32,000 nucleotides of DNA from Candidatus Bipolaricaulota bacterium (GTDB taxonomy: Bacteria; Bipolaricaulota; Bipolaricaulia; Bipolaricaulales; Bipolaricaulaceae), in NCBI GenBank assembly GCA_025060415.1, contig JANXBT010000001.1, positions 36,313 to 68,312 of the forward strand, written 5' to 3'. Below the pieces are notes generated by a model, which saw only the letters and a program-made list of their open reading frames with translations, did not search any database and had not been told where the DNA came from. Below are positions 31,181 to 32,000 of this stretch, piece by piece. Numbering within the stretch: position 1 is the stretch's first letter; each line of letters starts with the position of its first letter. The translations under genes were made by a program, and so were the position numbers.

Positions 31181-31992
31181 TCGGCCCACCTCCGCTGGAA
31201 GCGCGCCCGCAGGAGGATGGCCAGGGCGTTGAGGAGGAGGACGAGCCCCAAAAGGACGAGGATGGCGCAGGCCGCCACCACGGCGTAGCCGTCCTGGGGC
31301 CGCGTGGCCCAGTCGAAGATCTGGATGGGCACCACGGTGAAGCTGTCCCGCAGGCTCTGGGGCACGTAGGTCACGTAGAGGAAGGCGCCCAAAAACAGGA
31401 GGGGGGCGGCCTCGCCCAGGGCGCGGGAGAGGCTCAGGACCACGCCGGTGAGGATGCCCGGGAGAGCGTAGGGGAGGACGTGGTGGCGCACGGTCTGCCA
31501 GGGGGTCGCGCCCACGCTGAACGCCGCCTCCCGCAGGGTCCTGGGCACGGTGCGTAAGGCCTCCCGGCTAGCGATGATAACCAAGGGGAGGACCAGGACG
31601 GCCAGGGTGAACCCGCCGGCGAGGATGGACCTTCCCAGGTTCATGGCCCGGGCGAAGATCTCCAGGCCCAGAAGCCCCACCACGGCCGAGGGCAGCCCGG
31701 CCAGGCTCGCCACGAGCACCTCCAGCGCCGCAGTGAACCGGGTCTGGCGGGCGTACTCCTCGAGATAAATCGCGGCCGCAATCCCCAGGGGGAAGGCCAC
31801 CGCGGCCATCACGAGCACGACCCCCAGGGACCCCAAAAAGGCGGGCAGGAGCCCCGCCTGCTCCGGGTAGCGGGGGTCGCCCAGGCGCGTGAGGAGCGCG
31901 CGCCAGGCCCGCCAAGCGTTCCGCTCCACGGGGAGCACCCCGCTCCGCCGCGGGTCCCACAGGAGCTCCAGGGTTTCCTCCCCCCGGCGCAC
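31177..31992 (-). CDS. pstA: phosphate ABC transporter permease PstA (5' end uncertain, ORF open to the window edge)
   Basis: PstA-type membrane protein with EAA-like loop [26 protein letters not shown]. The reading frame stays open to position 32000, so the real start may lie outside the window. Confidence 0.85.
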   Translation of the reverse strand: MRRGEETLELLWDPRRSGVLPVERNAWRAWRALLTRLGDPRYPEQAGLLPAFLGSLGVVLVMAAVAFPLGIAAAIYLEEYARQTRFTAALEVLVASLAGLPSAVVGLLGLEIFARAMNLGRSILAGGFTLAVLVLPLVIIASREALRTVPRTLREAAFSVGATPWQTVRHHVLPYALPGILTGVVLSLSRALGEAAPLLFLGAFLYVTYVPQSLRDSFTVVPIQIFDWATRPQDGYAVVAACAILVLLGLVLLLNALAILLRARFQRRWAE

Positions 31993-32000
31993 CTGCAGCC

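Noticed and set aside
1-32000. CRISPR arrays, rRNA genes, other structured ncRNAs, and toxin-antitoxin or defence-system genes.
   Set aside because: No regularly spaced direct repeats were seen. No intergenic gap exceeds about 255 bp, and that one is the origin. Every ORF of meaningful size is accounted for by housekeeping or metabolic families.

Overview
High-GC bacterial chromosomal window, with amino-acid usage that looks thermophile-like, spanning the replication-origin neighbourhood. Hand counts of single 60-nt lines give 62-82% GC outside one island. Left to right: the first codons of pyk (-), then rnpA-greA-lysS-PAP2 phosphatase-aminotransferase (+), closed by a good hairpin terminator. 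Next come a convergent orphan MalK/MsiK-type sugar-ABC ATPase, a MoaD/SAMP-like GG-terminal ubiquitin-fold protein and rarA (-). A six-tRNA cluster (Lys-CTT, Lys-TTT, Glu-TTC, Val-TAC, Asp-GTC, Phe-GAA) ends 16 nt before dnaA. A 255-bp DnaA-box array (putative oriC) lies between dnaA and a DUF721/DciA gene, followed by thrS. A block of about 7.6 kb (about 11.67-19.3 kb) has visibly lower GC (40-55% per line). It encodes an IclR regulator, an ATPase-less CUT1 sugar ABC importer, three SDR oxidoreductases and one D-2-hydroxyacid dehydrogenase, and runs into eda-kdgK-FAH hydrolase. Downstream are a prokaryotic pentameric ligand-gated ion channel homologue, an MDR dehydrogenase coupled to an aldolase-like fusion protein, and DsbD. 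A tight minus-strand operon follows: DUF151 nuclease-coaX-rtcA-FAU-1/DUF402. The window ends with phoU-pstB-pstA. No CRISPR array, transposase, integrase or rRNA was seen. Most worth following up: the low-GC redox-only sugar-acid island with its candidate operator, the rtcA/FAU-1-like RNA-end module lacking rtcB, the two-armed oriC flanked by dciA, the tRNA-dnaA junction, and the pLGIC homologue. All protein-family calls come from motif recognition by eye, not from database searches.
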